Origin: Bacteroidota bacterium
GTDB lineage: Bacteria; Bacteroidota; Bacteroidia; CAILMK01; JAAYUY01
Length of the DNA stretch: 64,000 bases
Assembly (NCBI GenBank): GCA_016776505.1
Contig: JADHTG010000009.1
Coordinates: forward strand, 6,946 to 70,945
Direction of reading: 5' to 3'
The notes under the pieces were generated by a model. The model ran no database searches. It was given only the letters and a program-made list of their open reading frames with translations, and was not told where the DNA came from. The position numbers were made by a program, and so were the translations under genes. Below, piece by piece: positions 51,101-58,089 of the stretch (position 1 is the first letter of the stretch; the number at the start of each line of letters is the position of its first letter).

Positions 51101-54032
51101 AGGAAACATCAGTCATTTCTGGAGTTTTGGAGATTCTGACACATCCACATCTGAGCATCCAGATCACAGCTATTCTTCTGCAGATACATTTGCCATCAAA
51201 CTGATCGTTAGCTCAACAAAATCTTGCAAAGACAGCATTGAAAAGAAAGTGGTAGTGCTCCCTTCACCATTTGCTGATTTTACAATAAACGACAGTGATC
51301 AGTGTTACAATGGTCATCAATATATTTTCATGAATCAATCACAAATCAGTAGTGGAAGCCTGGTTTATTTATGGACTTTTGGAGATGGAGATTCCAGCTT
51401 ATCGGCTTCTGATACCCATGTGTACCAGAGTGCTGGAGTGTACCAGGTAAGTTTATTTGTCAACAGCAACTCATTATGCGCAGATACCCTGGTAAAATCA
51501 ATTAGCCTTATGCTTTCTCCTAAAGCGGGCTTCATGGTAAATGACAGCGGACAATGTGATTTGGGAAATTCATTTGTATTTACCAACTCATCCACTGGTT
51601 TAGGTGCTAATCCCAGTTATTTGTGGTACTTTGGAGATGGTGACACATCCAGTTCACCTGATCCCACTCATAGCTATGCCACTACAGATTCTTTTAAAGT
51701 CAAACTATTGGTCAGCACACAGGATGCCTGTGAAGACAGTCTGATGCGTACGATGTTTGTATATCCAACTCCATCAGTTGATTTTGCAATCAATTTAGCG
51801 GTTCAGTGCTATGGTAGCAATGATTTCAAATTTACCAACCTGACTCCCATCATTGCACTGACCAGCTGGATCTGGGATTTCGGGGACGGAGATACCAGCC
51901 AATCCCAGCACATATCACATACGTATAAGCTGGTTGATACATTTGCAGTATCGTTGATGGCAACAACGGATCATTTGTGCAGTGACACTCTCTTTAAACA
52001 AGTCATTACTTTACCAGGTCCTAAATCCTTATTTACTGTAAACGATACGGTTCAATGTTTAAATTCAAATACATACAATTTTGTAAACACTAGTCAAAGT
52101 GTAGGATTTACACCACATTATTATTGGTATTTTGGAGATGGAGATACTTCAACAATGACTCATGTTTCTCATGTTTACCAGGATACCGGAAGCTATTTAG
52201 TTCAATTGATAGCAGTGCCAGATACAGGTTGTGCAGACACTTCATCCCTCATGGTACATGTTCAGCCTCTGCCGGATGTTAATTTTACTGTTAATAGTGC
52301 AACTCAGTGTTTGAATAGTAAGCCGTTTGTGTTTACAAATCAATCGAATTCTTATGGATACCAGAATACAGCCATTTGGAATTTTGGTGATGGTGTATAT
52401 GACAGTGCAATCAGCCCATCTCATATCTATGCTGATACAGGATCCTACACAGTCTATTTGGTGATTGAAGCCGGTGTGGGTTGTAAAGATTCAAATTTTA
52501 TGATTGTTCAGGTATTTGACAATCCGGTAGCAGATTTCGCCATAAATGATACTTCCCAATGTTTCAGTATGAATTCATTTGTTTTTACAAATAATTCCAG
52601 TGGTTTGGGTAGTCTTAAGTACAGCTGGGAATTTGGCGATGGAAATACCAGTTCATCTGCTGGTCCTGTTTCGAATGCTTACTTAAAGGAAGGAATATAC
52701 ACCGTCAGCTTAGTTGCAGAAACAGGTATAGGATGTCAGGATACAATTAGTAAACTGGTGTATGTTCATCCTCAACCCCTAGCCGGTTTTAGTATAAATG
52801 ATACCGTCCAATGCTCATATGGGAATCATTTTATCACAAGCAATCATACGACCATTAGTTCCGGTAATTTAACTTATTTATGGAGTTTTGGTGATGGCAG
52901 AACTTCCAGCTCAAAAGAACCACGTTACAATTACCCCATGTTTAATACCTATGTGGTCAAGATGGTCGCAACATCCGATGAAGGATGCAGTGACTCCAGC
53001 TATCGCACAGTTTATGTTTTAGAAGATCCAAACGCTGATTTCACTTTCAATAAGCAGGAGCAATGCCTGTTAAATAATCATTTTGTATTGCTGAATAATT
53101 CAAGTATCAGCAGTGGTTCACTAAGTTTTTTATGGGACTTTGGTGGCGGGGATACTTCCAGTTATGTTAACACAAGTCATATTTATTTAACTTCAGGGAT
53201 ATTCGATGTGATCTTAATCGTTACTTCCGATAGTGGATGTGTCGATTCTGTGATTAAACAATGTACTGTCCATCCGAATCCGGATGCTGATTTTTATATT
53301 GACAAAAATCCACAGTGCCAGGTTGGGAACTTATTTAAATTTACAAGTACGTCCTCGATTACAAGTGGAACACTTGACAACAACTGGTATTTTGGAGATG
53401 GAGATAGCAGCATGGGTTTAGATTCATCAACACACAGTTATAAAAGCACGGATTCTTATGATGTGATGTTGGTTGCCTTATCAGATCATCAATGTGGAGA
53501 TACTTTGATAAAGACAGTTAGCCTGACTGAGAGTCCCAAAATAGACCTTGGTAAAGATATATTCACCGTGCCCAATGTTTCTATAAATATTGATGCAGGT
53601 CCTGGTTATTCAACCTATTTATGGCACGATAATTCAACTGGTCAGTTTTATACAGTAAATACAAATAATTTAGGCATTGGAGATCATTTGATATTTGTCA
53701 CAGTTACAGATTCGAAAGGATGTTGGAATTCTGATTCAATATGGATTTTTATTTGGCCTTCCGGCATAGATGAATTCAGCGATTTAATCAGCTATAAATT
53801 ATTTCCCAATCCTGCAAGGGGTTTCTTTCATATTGAATTTAATGAATTATATGATGCTGAAGTTGAGGTAGTGGTGGAAGATATACAAGGAAGAGAAGTT
53901 TTCAATTCTAAATTCAACCCATTGCGTGACAATAGCAGCTATCGTGTTGATCTTGATCAGGCAAAAGGAATCTACCTTGTCAAAATGGTAATTGGAAATA
54001 AAGTGAAAGTGCACAAAGTGATGATGTACTAG
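42177..54032 (+). CDS. Giant (3951 aa) T9SS-sorted cell-surface protein: N-terminal MAM/choice-of-anchor-J-like domain, 2x (CARDB-like + right-handed beta-helix), 26 PKD domains, LamG lectin domain and C-terminal T9SS sorting domain
   Basis: Signal peptide; 26 W-x-FGDG-x-S...HxY PKD cores; a LamG block (YYFDGNDYLRVP...LDEVRIYDKSL); beta-helix NxxNCxF rungs; and a C-terminal CTD (LFPNPARGFFHIEF...GIYLVKMVIGN). Only a TTG at 42177 is available as a start upstream of the signal peptide. Confidence 0.85.
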   Translation: MKNLYLFFRFLKCCSFILVFNICCHSVHAQVTVYTENFEHGSNMPSGWSQEYVYDTLNWIFTSGGQSGHPSAAHGGSYNALLYYGGIYRTTKLICKPLNLTPYSNLQLKFWHTQEEYSGDQDKLKVFYKTSASGSWVQLASYTTNVSSWTQRTITLPNPSSNYYIAFEGEARYGYGVCVDDVLITGTVSNGLDISCVSISSPLIWGVGNNTLKISYKNMRSDTIFNADFGYKLDTNTAVIDTNKSTGTLLANQEKDYTFPASLSISKGNHYIKVWANKPNRTNPDDVPANDTFTLNFGTGIKDTFYIDKSGQGDYTTFAAAVADLNNGVTGPVWFIVKPGTYTEKVVIGEIPGADSTNTITFDGLYKDSTFLSYTGTSAANRATLSFKGADYVTFKNMTIKNEGNTYAVAVLLRNKSDHNTFFNCNLKLKTTVTSGYAQVILASAKENSTGANGDNCNYTSFENCLIEGGQYGARMHGTNTASMAVNNSFVNCNFTNQWYFGLYLYYQQGFNISYCKVANFRHASAYGLINYYGAGSNIDGNSIQAGIHALYLYRENYYKQNNSSYVTNNMICNFKNTVYQRGIYAVSYCYNLNILHNSILVNGTSTSPTYAAIYIYYYCNNSVIKNNLLASLNKTNILAMLYAGTVSVDYNDYYYDTNSNVKFYINYSYANFNTFKSIASYINYPHDLNSFDNVNPGFVSNTNLHLDTLSSISLMAPAAGISNDFDNESRNLNFGVNLGADEIPHPNRDLDIISIDTPAVLKSGSNIVSITLRNMGTDSIVPQKLYLNYRLNGGNPVNDSLTLSSKLPPFGSIKFSFQTPVNITGSGSYEFCVQLSPGIYNDPDSLDELCVTKCLGKIDTFMIDPSGNGDFTTIMAAVNSLQTCGISGAVTFILKAGTYVERVVIPEIPGANSVRTVTFQGVHKDSVVLVHAGTSTAKSVILLNSADHIVIKNMRVLNNGNSYASCIHFMNGADSNTVENCDLTVSTATSSYKIPVIASNSELYYNTYGNTANGNLIKNNKISGGYHGICMVGTDKNNLCWNNRIIGNTIKDQYYMGIYNIYQGNTEIIGNSIKNLDLYYAYGIYRYYCTKARIESNVIQPGRIGIYLNRENNLFPDNSTHIINNMISNFNDGTYQAGIYTYYYSTKLKIYHNSIYLDGNVSSITYAGLSLYYYCDSAIVKNNLIASDGSNYLMTSYISRGTIIDYNSYYAPNNTSYKFYNSASFTNLSAYKNSTAYLVYPHNVNSFENINPGFISLANLHLSSNSAGIGGDTLGILYDIDGDYRCQASPSLGADEAGPVSDFSINSATQCMDGHIFILNNTSQGGTATLSYFWTFGDGDTSTLRNPVHSYASPGTYTITLIVYPSFGCSDTTSKTVTVNPSPQIGFTVNDSTQCLQNNNFNYQNTTTISSGSLTYNWNFGDGYSAGVQNPTHSYGYSDTFAVRLIVGSDLGCVDTLIKNMYVFPMPDADFTINSGAQCKLNNNFIFTNTTSISSGTLTFFWDFGDGNTSTQMSPAHSYAANGNYDVKLTATSAFGCMDSALKNTFVYPTPTATFTVNDTDQCLNGNLFQITNSSFVSSGSLTYYWTFGDGNSSSQSNPSYSYSATGTYLIKLIVSTTNSCVDSAQQYVIVHPSLIADFSINNVNQCLKGNNYIFTNATTTTNGTMSYYWDFGDGSVSTSTSPTHVYSIFGALDVKLVASSTNSCSDTISKPVQIYSMPLNVKDTSLSNRLSDSLLAWYPFIGNVNDHSGLSNNGTVYGASLSNDQCSRSDSAYYFDGNDYLRVPHAVFLIPQNSYAASAWIYPTQSGGTQYILYKYQSNLYKGYSIALYNNKIAADFGGSLNPVYSTQSVNLNEWNHIVVSYDGWNYKMYLNNQVVGSGIAANNFQSITPLYIGSRGTANYFKGYLDEVRIYDKSLDNVEINALYHEIPYVQLKDTFVCSGNSTSIYIHNSGVGIGYQLKDYGTGSSIGSVVYGNGCRISLSTGTISSQKQIQIVATDSSTSCQQIFDTLITIILAPVPTAAFTVSPTSSCLSGNHFTLTNSSSVSFGSLQFKWDFGDLNTSTLTSPTHQYTYADTFTIKLTTTTTYGCSDSLEKSVRVFPQPNADFTIADSIQCLGNNAFAFVNNSTILNDTLSYLWDFGDGNKSTTKNPVHSYSYADTFQVKLIVSSGNGCTDSMIKTTYLHVNPNPTAGFSINDSTQCLNENNISLTNSSSISAGTMNFSWRLGDGNTSTATNPSYQYSAYDTFDITLLVVSDKGCTDSVMHQAYIYPNPNSSFSINDTVQCFTGNVFSFTNLTSIPYGSFTSWWSFGDGSFSTTSNPTHSFTQPDTFTVQLLSTSNYGCLDSVQSNAIVEPSPVAGFTVNDTTQCLDGNSFSFTDLSVGGSGTIYYYWTFGDGSGSTAQNPVHSYSTAGTYQVKLLIHYGAFCKDSMQKQIVVYPTPIADFSVNDSTQCLTNNSLSFTNLSSITSGSMSYFWTFGDGSSSTATNPTHSYNTDGTYQVQLLVISSEGCSDSISSSIQIWPVPTASFSINNTSQCFGGNSFGFNNTSSIKSGSLTYLWTFGDGNSSSSASPSYSYSSPGSYSVKLVVSSAYSCQDSVTQNVLVSPMPIADFTISNDTQCLDGNTFYFYDSSIISSGSISYNWNFGDGSTSNLQNPGHSYLNPGSYAVKLLISSDKGCLDSLSKTALVNPNPVVSFSVNDTDQCLNINHFVISNNSSISSGTLSYSWDFGDGSSSDSSNPVKQYSTANTFTIKLIVNSNNYCTDSMSQKVIVFPNPQSDFSVNSDSQCFASNQFVFTNSSSIAAGSLVYLWSFGDSQNDTAQHPVHSYASNGSYQVQLISSSPNGCVDTATKSMTVLASPEASFTVNDTDQCLTNNSFVLSNTSTINSGNLYYLWDFGDNSTSASKDTNHTYATDGIYQLKLLVSSGFNCSDSAYQALYVYPIPVVDFSINDTNQCLTENLFALTNTSSISTGNISHFWSFGDSDTSTSEHPDHSYSSADTFAIKLIVSSTKSCKDSIEKKVVVLPSPFADFTINDSDQCYNGHQYIFMNQSQISSGSLVYLWTFGDGDSSLSASDTHVYQSAGVYQVSLFVNSNSLCADTLVKSISLMLSPKAGFMVNDSGQCDLGNSFVFTNSSTGLGANPSYLWYFGDGDTSSSPDPTHSYATTDSFKVKLLVSTQDACEDSLMRTMFVYPTPSVDFAINLAVQCYGSNDFKFTNLTPIIALTSWIWDFGDGDTSQSQHISHTYKLVDTFAVSLMATTDHLCSDTLFKQVITLPGPKSLFTVNDTVQCLNSNTYNFVNTSQSVGFTPHYYWYFGDGDTSTMTHVSHVYQDTGSYLVQLIAVPDTGCADTSSLMVHVQPLPDVNFTVNSATQCLNSKPFVFTNQSNSYGYQNTAIWNFGDGVYDSAISPSHIYADTGSYTVYLVIEAGVGCKDSNFMIVQVFDNPVADFAINDTSQCFSMNSFVFTNNSSGLGSLKYSWEFGDGNTSSSAGPVSNAYLKEGIYTVSLVAETGIGCQDTISKLVYVHPQPLAGFSINDTVQCSYGNHFITSNHTTISSGNLTYLWSFGDGRTSSSKEPRYNYPMFNTYVVKMVATSDEGCSDSSYRTVYVLEDPNADFTFNKQEQCLLNNHFVLLNNSSISSGSLSFLWDFGGGDTSSYVNTSHIYLTSGIFDVILIVTSDSGCVDSVIKQCTVHPNPDADFYIDKNPQCQVGNLFKFTSTSSITSGTLDNNWYFGDGDSSMGLDSSTHSYKSTDSYDVMLVALSDHQCGDTLIKTVSLTESPKIDLGKDIFTVPNVSINIDAGPGYSTYLWHDNSTGQFYTVNTNNLGIGDHLIFVTVTDSKGCWNSDSIWIFIWPSGIDEFSDLISYKLFPNPARGFFHIEFNELYDAEVEVVVEDIQGREVFNSKFNPLRDNSSYRVDLDQAKGIYLVKMVIGNKVKVHKVMMY

Positions 54033-54043
54033 GGGAACCTCTG

Positions 54044-54061
54044 CCGAAGGGATGCCTTCGG
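54044..54061. terminator. Hairpin ccgaagg-gatg-ccttcgg 12 nt after the stop of the giant gene
   Basis: 7-bp GC-rich stem with a 4-nt loop, read directly from the sequence. Confidence 0.4.
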
Positions 54062-54232
54062 AACAAATTCCAAACTCCAAATTCCAAACTCCAAATTCCC
54101 AGCTCAAATTCCCAGCATTTCCGACTTTGCTTCGCTGAAGCTCTGGAAAAGCGATGCAGGCAATCAAATTTCAAGAAGGTCTAAATGACTCCTTGGGAGA
54201 ATTTTGAGTTTTGGGTTTTGAGTTTTGGATTG
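54062..54232. repeat. Inverted arrays of tandem heptamers ((C/T)TCCAAA x4-5 ... TTTTG(A/G)G x4) flanking a roughly 75-nt core, between convergent genes
   Basis: Seen directly: ccaaactccaaattccaaactccaaattccc at 54071-54100, and ttttgagttttgggttttgagttttgg at 54201-54228, which is its imperfect reverse complement. Confidence 0.5.
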
Positions 54233-54238
54233 TCCAGT

Positions 54239-55336
54239 CTATTTCCCTCCTTTAAACTTAGTATTCACGTCCACAATATAGTCCCAATTGGGAAATGCAT
54301 TCTCGAATTCTTCAGGGAATTTTTGTTTCAATTCCTCTGCATCTTCAATAAAAAACTCTTTCACTCCTTCAGTTATTGTATAGGTGAAAGTGCCTATGGG
54401 TCCAATTTCAGACCCTGGTTCAAGAATTGAGTTCGCCAAAGCACTGGGCCATCCATGTTTAGGGTATATAAAGATGAATTCTTTGGTTTCATCAAATCTT
54501 GGTTCCCTCTTTTTGGCTTGTTTACGCTCTTCAGCCAGTCTTCTTTCTTCCGCTTCACGAGCAGCTCGTTCCTGCCTGAATTTCTCATTTTCTTCTTTGA
54601 TTCGCTTTTCTTCAGCCTCCCGTTCTAATCGTTTCTGTTCAATCATAGCCAGTCGATCTGATTCTTGTTTAGCTGTTGCCATCTGTATACTGTCGATTCG
54701 AGCTTTTTCAGCTAATAATCTATCCCGTTCTGCTTTTTCAGATGCCATTTTTTCTGCCAGTTTAAGTGCTTTTAAGCGTTCTTCTTCCTGTCTTTTTGCT
54801 TCCTTTCTTAACTCTTCAGCAATCCGGCATCTTAATTTTCTTTCTTCCTCATATTTGGCTTCCATCAGGTAGGTGAATTCATAATCATACTGGAATTCTT
54901 TATCGCCTCTATTAAACTTCACCCTTCCAATGGGATCAGGGGTTAATTCCACTTTAGCAGGATTTTCATCGCAATTCTTTTTTAGAATTATTTCTAAAAA
55001 AAGGGTGTGCGATTTATGAAGCTGTTTACGGGGAACATCAGTTTCCACTTCAATGGATTTCGTATAAAATTCAGGATGGCTGACAGCAATGAGATAAGTC
55101 GTATTTAAATTAAGCTTAACAATGCACAGTCCTTTTTTCGTAGTATCTGCCTTGCTTTCATTACTAAAAATATCAGTATAGCGGACAACTGCATCATTGA
55201 ATTTAGGATTTTCCCAACTGTCCACTGTGATGTTTGCTTTGATATAATTGGTGTCCTGTGCATACACATTAGTAATGGGGATACATAAACAGAGCAAGCA
55301 GAAAAAGCCATTTAATTTGCTAAAAATATGTTCCAA
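54239..55336 (-). CDS. Secreted protein with long charged coiled-coil segment (E/R/K/A-rich)
   Basis: Signal peptide, a beta-rich N-domain, roughly 120 aa of heptad-like EERK/LAEK repeats, and a C-terminal globular domain. Confidence 0.5.
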   Translation of the reverse strand: MEHIFSKLNGFFCLLCLCIPITNVYAQDTNYIKANITVDSWENPKFNDAVVRYTDIFSNESKADTTKKGLCIVKLNLNTTYLIAVSHPEFYTKSIEVETDVPRKQLHKSHTLFLEIILKKNCDENPAKVELTPDPIGRVKFNRGDKEFQYDYEFTYLMEAKYEEERKLRCRIAEELRKEAKRQEEERLKALKLAEKMASEKAERDRLLAEKARIDSIQMATAKQESDRLAMIEQKRLEREAEEKRIKEENEKFRQERAAREAEERRLAEERKQAKKREPRFDETKEFIFIYPKHGWPSALANSILEPGSEIGPIGTFTYTITEGVKEFFIEDAEELKQKFPEEFENAFPNWDYIVDVNTKFKGGK

Positions 55337-55506
55337 ATCTTGTTAATTTATGATAGTAAATACTTCACAAATTTAATCATGAATTGCAAACCTGACCCAA
55401 TAAGTTATATACTGTCAAGCAGACCGGGTGGCTATTTTGATCCGGCAGTAAATGTAAAAAGAGTTTTATAGCGGTTTGATGAACTGTGAACTAACTGGTT
55501 TGCGCT

Positions 55507-57069
55507 TTATGAAAGGATATAATAATGAGCCAGTTTAACATATTGATCTATTTGCTGCCTGATCCACTCTTTATTACGACCCAGTTCCTTTGCCATACTG
55601 CTTGCTACAAAAGGAGCCACTTCTATACTTGCCCGGGCATCGAGAAGCAAGAGCCGTGTTCGTCTTGCCAGGAAATCCTCAATGGTTCTTGCCATTTCAT
55701 TTCTGACGGCCCAGATGATCTCAGCTTCTCGGATATCATAATCCGGGTGTAAACGTTTATTCAATCCGGGATTTACATTTATAAAGGCCTCCAGTTCAGA
55801 TGCATCAGAACCGTATATACTGAATGCATCTTCATTTTTTGAGTCTGACTGGTATCCATGAATGCGTAATTTTTTTGTTACGGATTCGCTTTCTTCCAAA
55901 CCACCTATTGCTATCGCCTGCTCCAGGGTATCTTCTGCCATTTTTCTATAGGTAGTCCATTTGCCACCTGCTATAGAAATGAGACCTGATCGGGAAATCG
56001 TAATCGTATGATCACGGGATATGGAGGCAGTGTCTTCATCATTATGACTGCTTTTCACCAATGGTCGCAAACCCACAAACACACTTTTCACATCACCTCT
56101 ATCAGGATCTTTTGTTAAATATTGTGCAGAATGTTTCAGTAAAAAATCTATTTCATCTTCACGTGCAGTGGGTTCAGGTAGATATTCATCCACAAAAGTA
56201 TCCGTTGTACCCACCAGGGTTCTGTTGTGCCATGGAAGGGCGAACAATACCCGGCCATCATCTGTGTGCGGAACCATGATGGCTGTATTTCCGGGTAGAA
56301 AGCTTTTATCAAGAACCAGGTGAACTCCCTGGCTGCTGGTCATTATATTTTTGATTTCAGGATCATCCATTTTTCTCACAGAATCGGAAAATACACCCGT
56401 AGCATTGATGACAACTTTTGCATGAATAGTCAGTTTTTCGCCAGATTCCATGTCGTGCGCTAGAATTCCGCTTATTTCATCGTTTTCCTTAAGCAATGCC
56501 AGTGCTTTCACATAGTTAAGCATCAATGCTCCCTGTTCCTGAGCTGTTTGCACCAGATTAATCAACAAACGGGCATCGTCAAACTGCCCATCGTGATAGA
56601 TAACACCTCCCCTTAATCCTTCGGTTTCAATTGTGGGAATATGTGAAATGGTTTCTTCTTTTGAAAGAATTTTTGATGGACCAAATCCTTCTTTCCCGGC
56701 AAGCATATCATAAATTTTAAGCCCGATGCCATAGAATGGCCCTTCCCACCAATCGTAAACCGGAACAACAAAAGCCAGGTTGTGAACCAGGTGGGGAGCG
56801 TTCCTGTAGAGAATTCCCCTTTCCTTCAGGGCTTCAAGTACGAGGGAGATATTTCCCTGTTGCAAATAACGAACACCTCCGTGGACCAATTTAGTGCTTC
56901 GGCTTGAAGTCCCTTTTCCAAAGTCTGATTGCTCAATTAATACGACTTTATAGCCTCTTGAAGCAGCTTCAACAGCCGTTCCAACTCCTGTAGCTCCTCC
57001 GCCGATAATAGCGATATCCCACTTCTTACCAGCTTTTCTGATGTCAGAAATCATTTTTTTACGCAGCAT
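55507..57069 (-). CDS. glpD: FAD-dependent glycerol-3-phosphate dehydrogenase
   Basis: FAD-binding IAIIGGGATGVGTAVEAASRG...KLVHGGVRY and a length typical of GlpD. Confidence 0.9.
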   Translation of the reverse strand: MLRKKMISDIRKAGKKWDIAIIGGGATGVGTAVEAASRGYKVVLIEQSDFGKGTSSRSTKLVHGGVRYLQQGNISLVLEALKERGILYRNAPHLVHNLAFVVPVYDWWEGPFYGIGLKIYDMLAGKEGFGPSKILSKEETISHIPTIETEGLRGGVIYHDGQFDDARLLINLVQTAQEQGALMLNYVKALALLKENDEISGILAHDMESGEKLTIHAKVVINATGVFSDSVRKMDDPEIKNIMTSSQGVHLVLDKSFLPGNTAIMVPHTDDGRVLFALPWHNRTLVGTTDTFVDEYLPEPTAREDEIDFLLKHSAQYLTKDPDRGDVKSVFVGLRPLVKSSHNDEDTASISRDHTITISRSGLISIAGGKWTTYRKMAEDTLEQAIAIGGLEESESVTKKLRIHGYQSDSKNEDAFSIYGSDASELEAFINVNPGLNKRLHPDYDIREAEIIWAVRNEMARTIEDFLARRTRLLLLDARASIEVAPFVASSMAKELGRNKEWIRQQIDQYVKLAHYYILS

Positions 57070-57070
57070 A

Positions 57071-58072
57071 TCACATTTTTCCTTTGATAAAGAACCGATC
57101 TTTTAATTGTTTAATGAATTGACCGGATTTTTGAAAAACGAATTTTTTCCTGCTAAATTTATTCTTCATGATAAATTCATTCAGGATGGTTGAAAATTCA
57201 CGTGTTCTCAGGTAACCATACGATTTATGAGGATTCCTTTTTCCATTCATTTCATAATTATTAACAACCAGGAAATCAATGGGTTTTATGCCCTGCTCGT
57301 TTTCATAGAAATCGTCTGAAAGCTGATAGTTTAAAGCAATTTTATCAAGAATATCTGAAAAATTATACCAGAATTTTTTTACAGTAGCAGGAGTTCTTAT
57401 GTGAGTCAGATCAGCTCCGCCTTTTTTTTGCTCAGCGGCTATTTTGCTAATGACAACGGGTAAACCGAGGGGAGATCCTATCGTAATAAAGGTATTAATA
57501 TCGATATGAGTGGCCTCAAAATTAAGTACCTCAAATGCAATGATACTGCCCATAGAATGACTAATCAGCATAATTTCATCATCCTTGTATTTTTCCAGTA
57601 GCTGGAATAAACTGTTATTTATTAAATCTTTTGCTTTGCAGATGGATGCATTATCCAATGTACAGTTCTGGGTAAAATAAATATCCAGGTCACGGAAATA
57701 TGTTTGTAGAATAGCATCCGATAGTTTGGAGTAATTCAGACTAAGATCCTCATTAAGAAATAAATGATTGATTTGTTTACCAATAAAATCAATGATCTTT
57801 TTCCTCCTGCTATGGCTTTCCATTGGGAAGTCCTTGCTGGCCCGCCTATATTTTTCCTTTAAAAAATAAGGACTGTTTTTGTCTTTTTCGGATTCACTCA
57901 AAGGTCGCTCATTCAGTATATCTGCCCAATAAACCAATTCGAAATTGGGTAATTTTGTATGAAAGCCATGTGTTTTTAATCCTTCCATCATGGCAAGTTT
58001 CCACCAATGTTCCAATTGTTTTTTTGGCGGCTTATTGCCGAGACCATGGATTCCTATAATAACGCATGCCAT
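57071..58072 (-). CDS. Alpha/beta-hydrolase (lipase/phospholipase-like)
   Basis: GIHGLGN oxyanion region and nucleophile elbow SHSMGS. It is 2 nt from glpD and 18 nt from glpQ. Confidence 0.6.
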   Translation of the reverse strand: MACVIIGIHGLGNKPPKKQLEHWWKLAMMEGLKTHGFHTKLPNFELVYWADILNERPLSESEKDKNSPYFLKEKYRRASKDFPMESHSRRKKIIDFIGKQINHLFLNEDLSLNYSKLSDAILQTYFRDLDIYFTQNCTLDNASICKAKDLINNSLFQLLEKYKDDEIMLISHSMGSIIAFEVLNFEATHIDINTFITIGSPLGLPVVISKIAAEQKKGGADLTHIRTPATVKKFWYNFSDILDKIALNYQLSDDFYENEQGIKPIDFLVVNNYEMNGKRNPHKSYGYLRTREFSTILNEFIMKNKFSRKKFVFQKSGQFIKQLKDRFFIKGKM

Positions 58073-58089
58073 TTTTAACTGTGAATATT

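Noticed and set aside
46080-53500. Possibility that the long series of roughly 270-bp periodic repeats is a CRISPR array or a non-coding satellite
   Set aside because: The repeats are in-frame PKD domains of one continuous ORF (W-x-FGDG...HxY cores), with no short direct repeats separated by unique spacers. No CRISPR-like array was seen anywhere in the window.
53847-54174. Two overlapping minus-strand ORFs (106 and 64 aa) spanning the end of the giant gene and the intergenic repeat
   Set aside because: Their sequence (FELGIWSLEFGVWNL...) is just the translation of the tandem heptamer repeats. They overlap the well-supported 3951-aa gene on the opposite strand.
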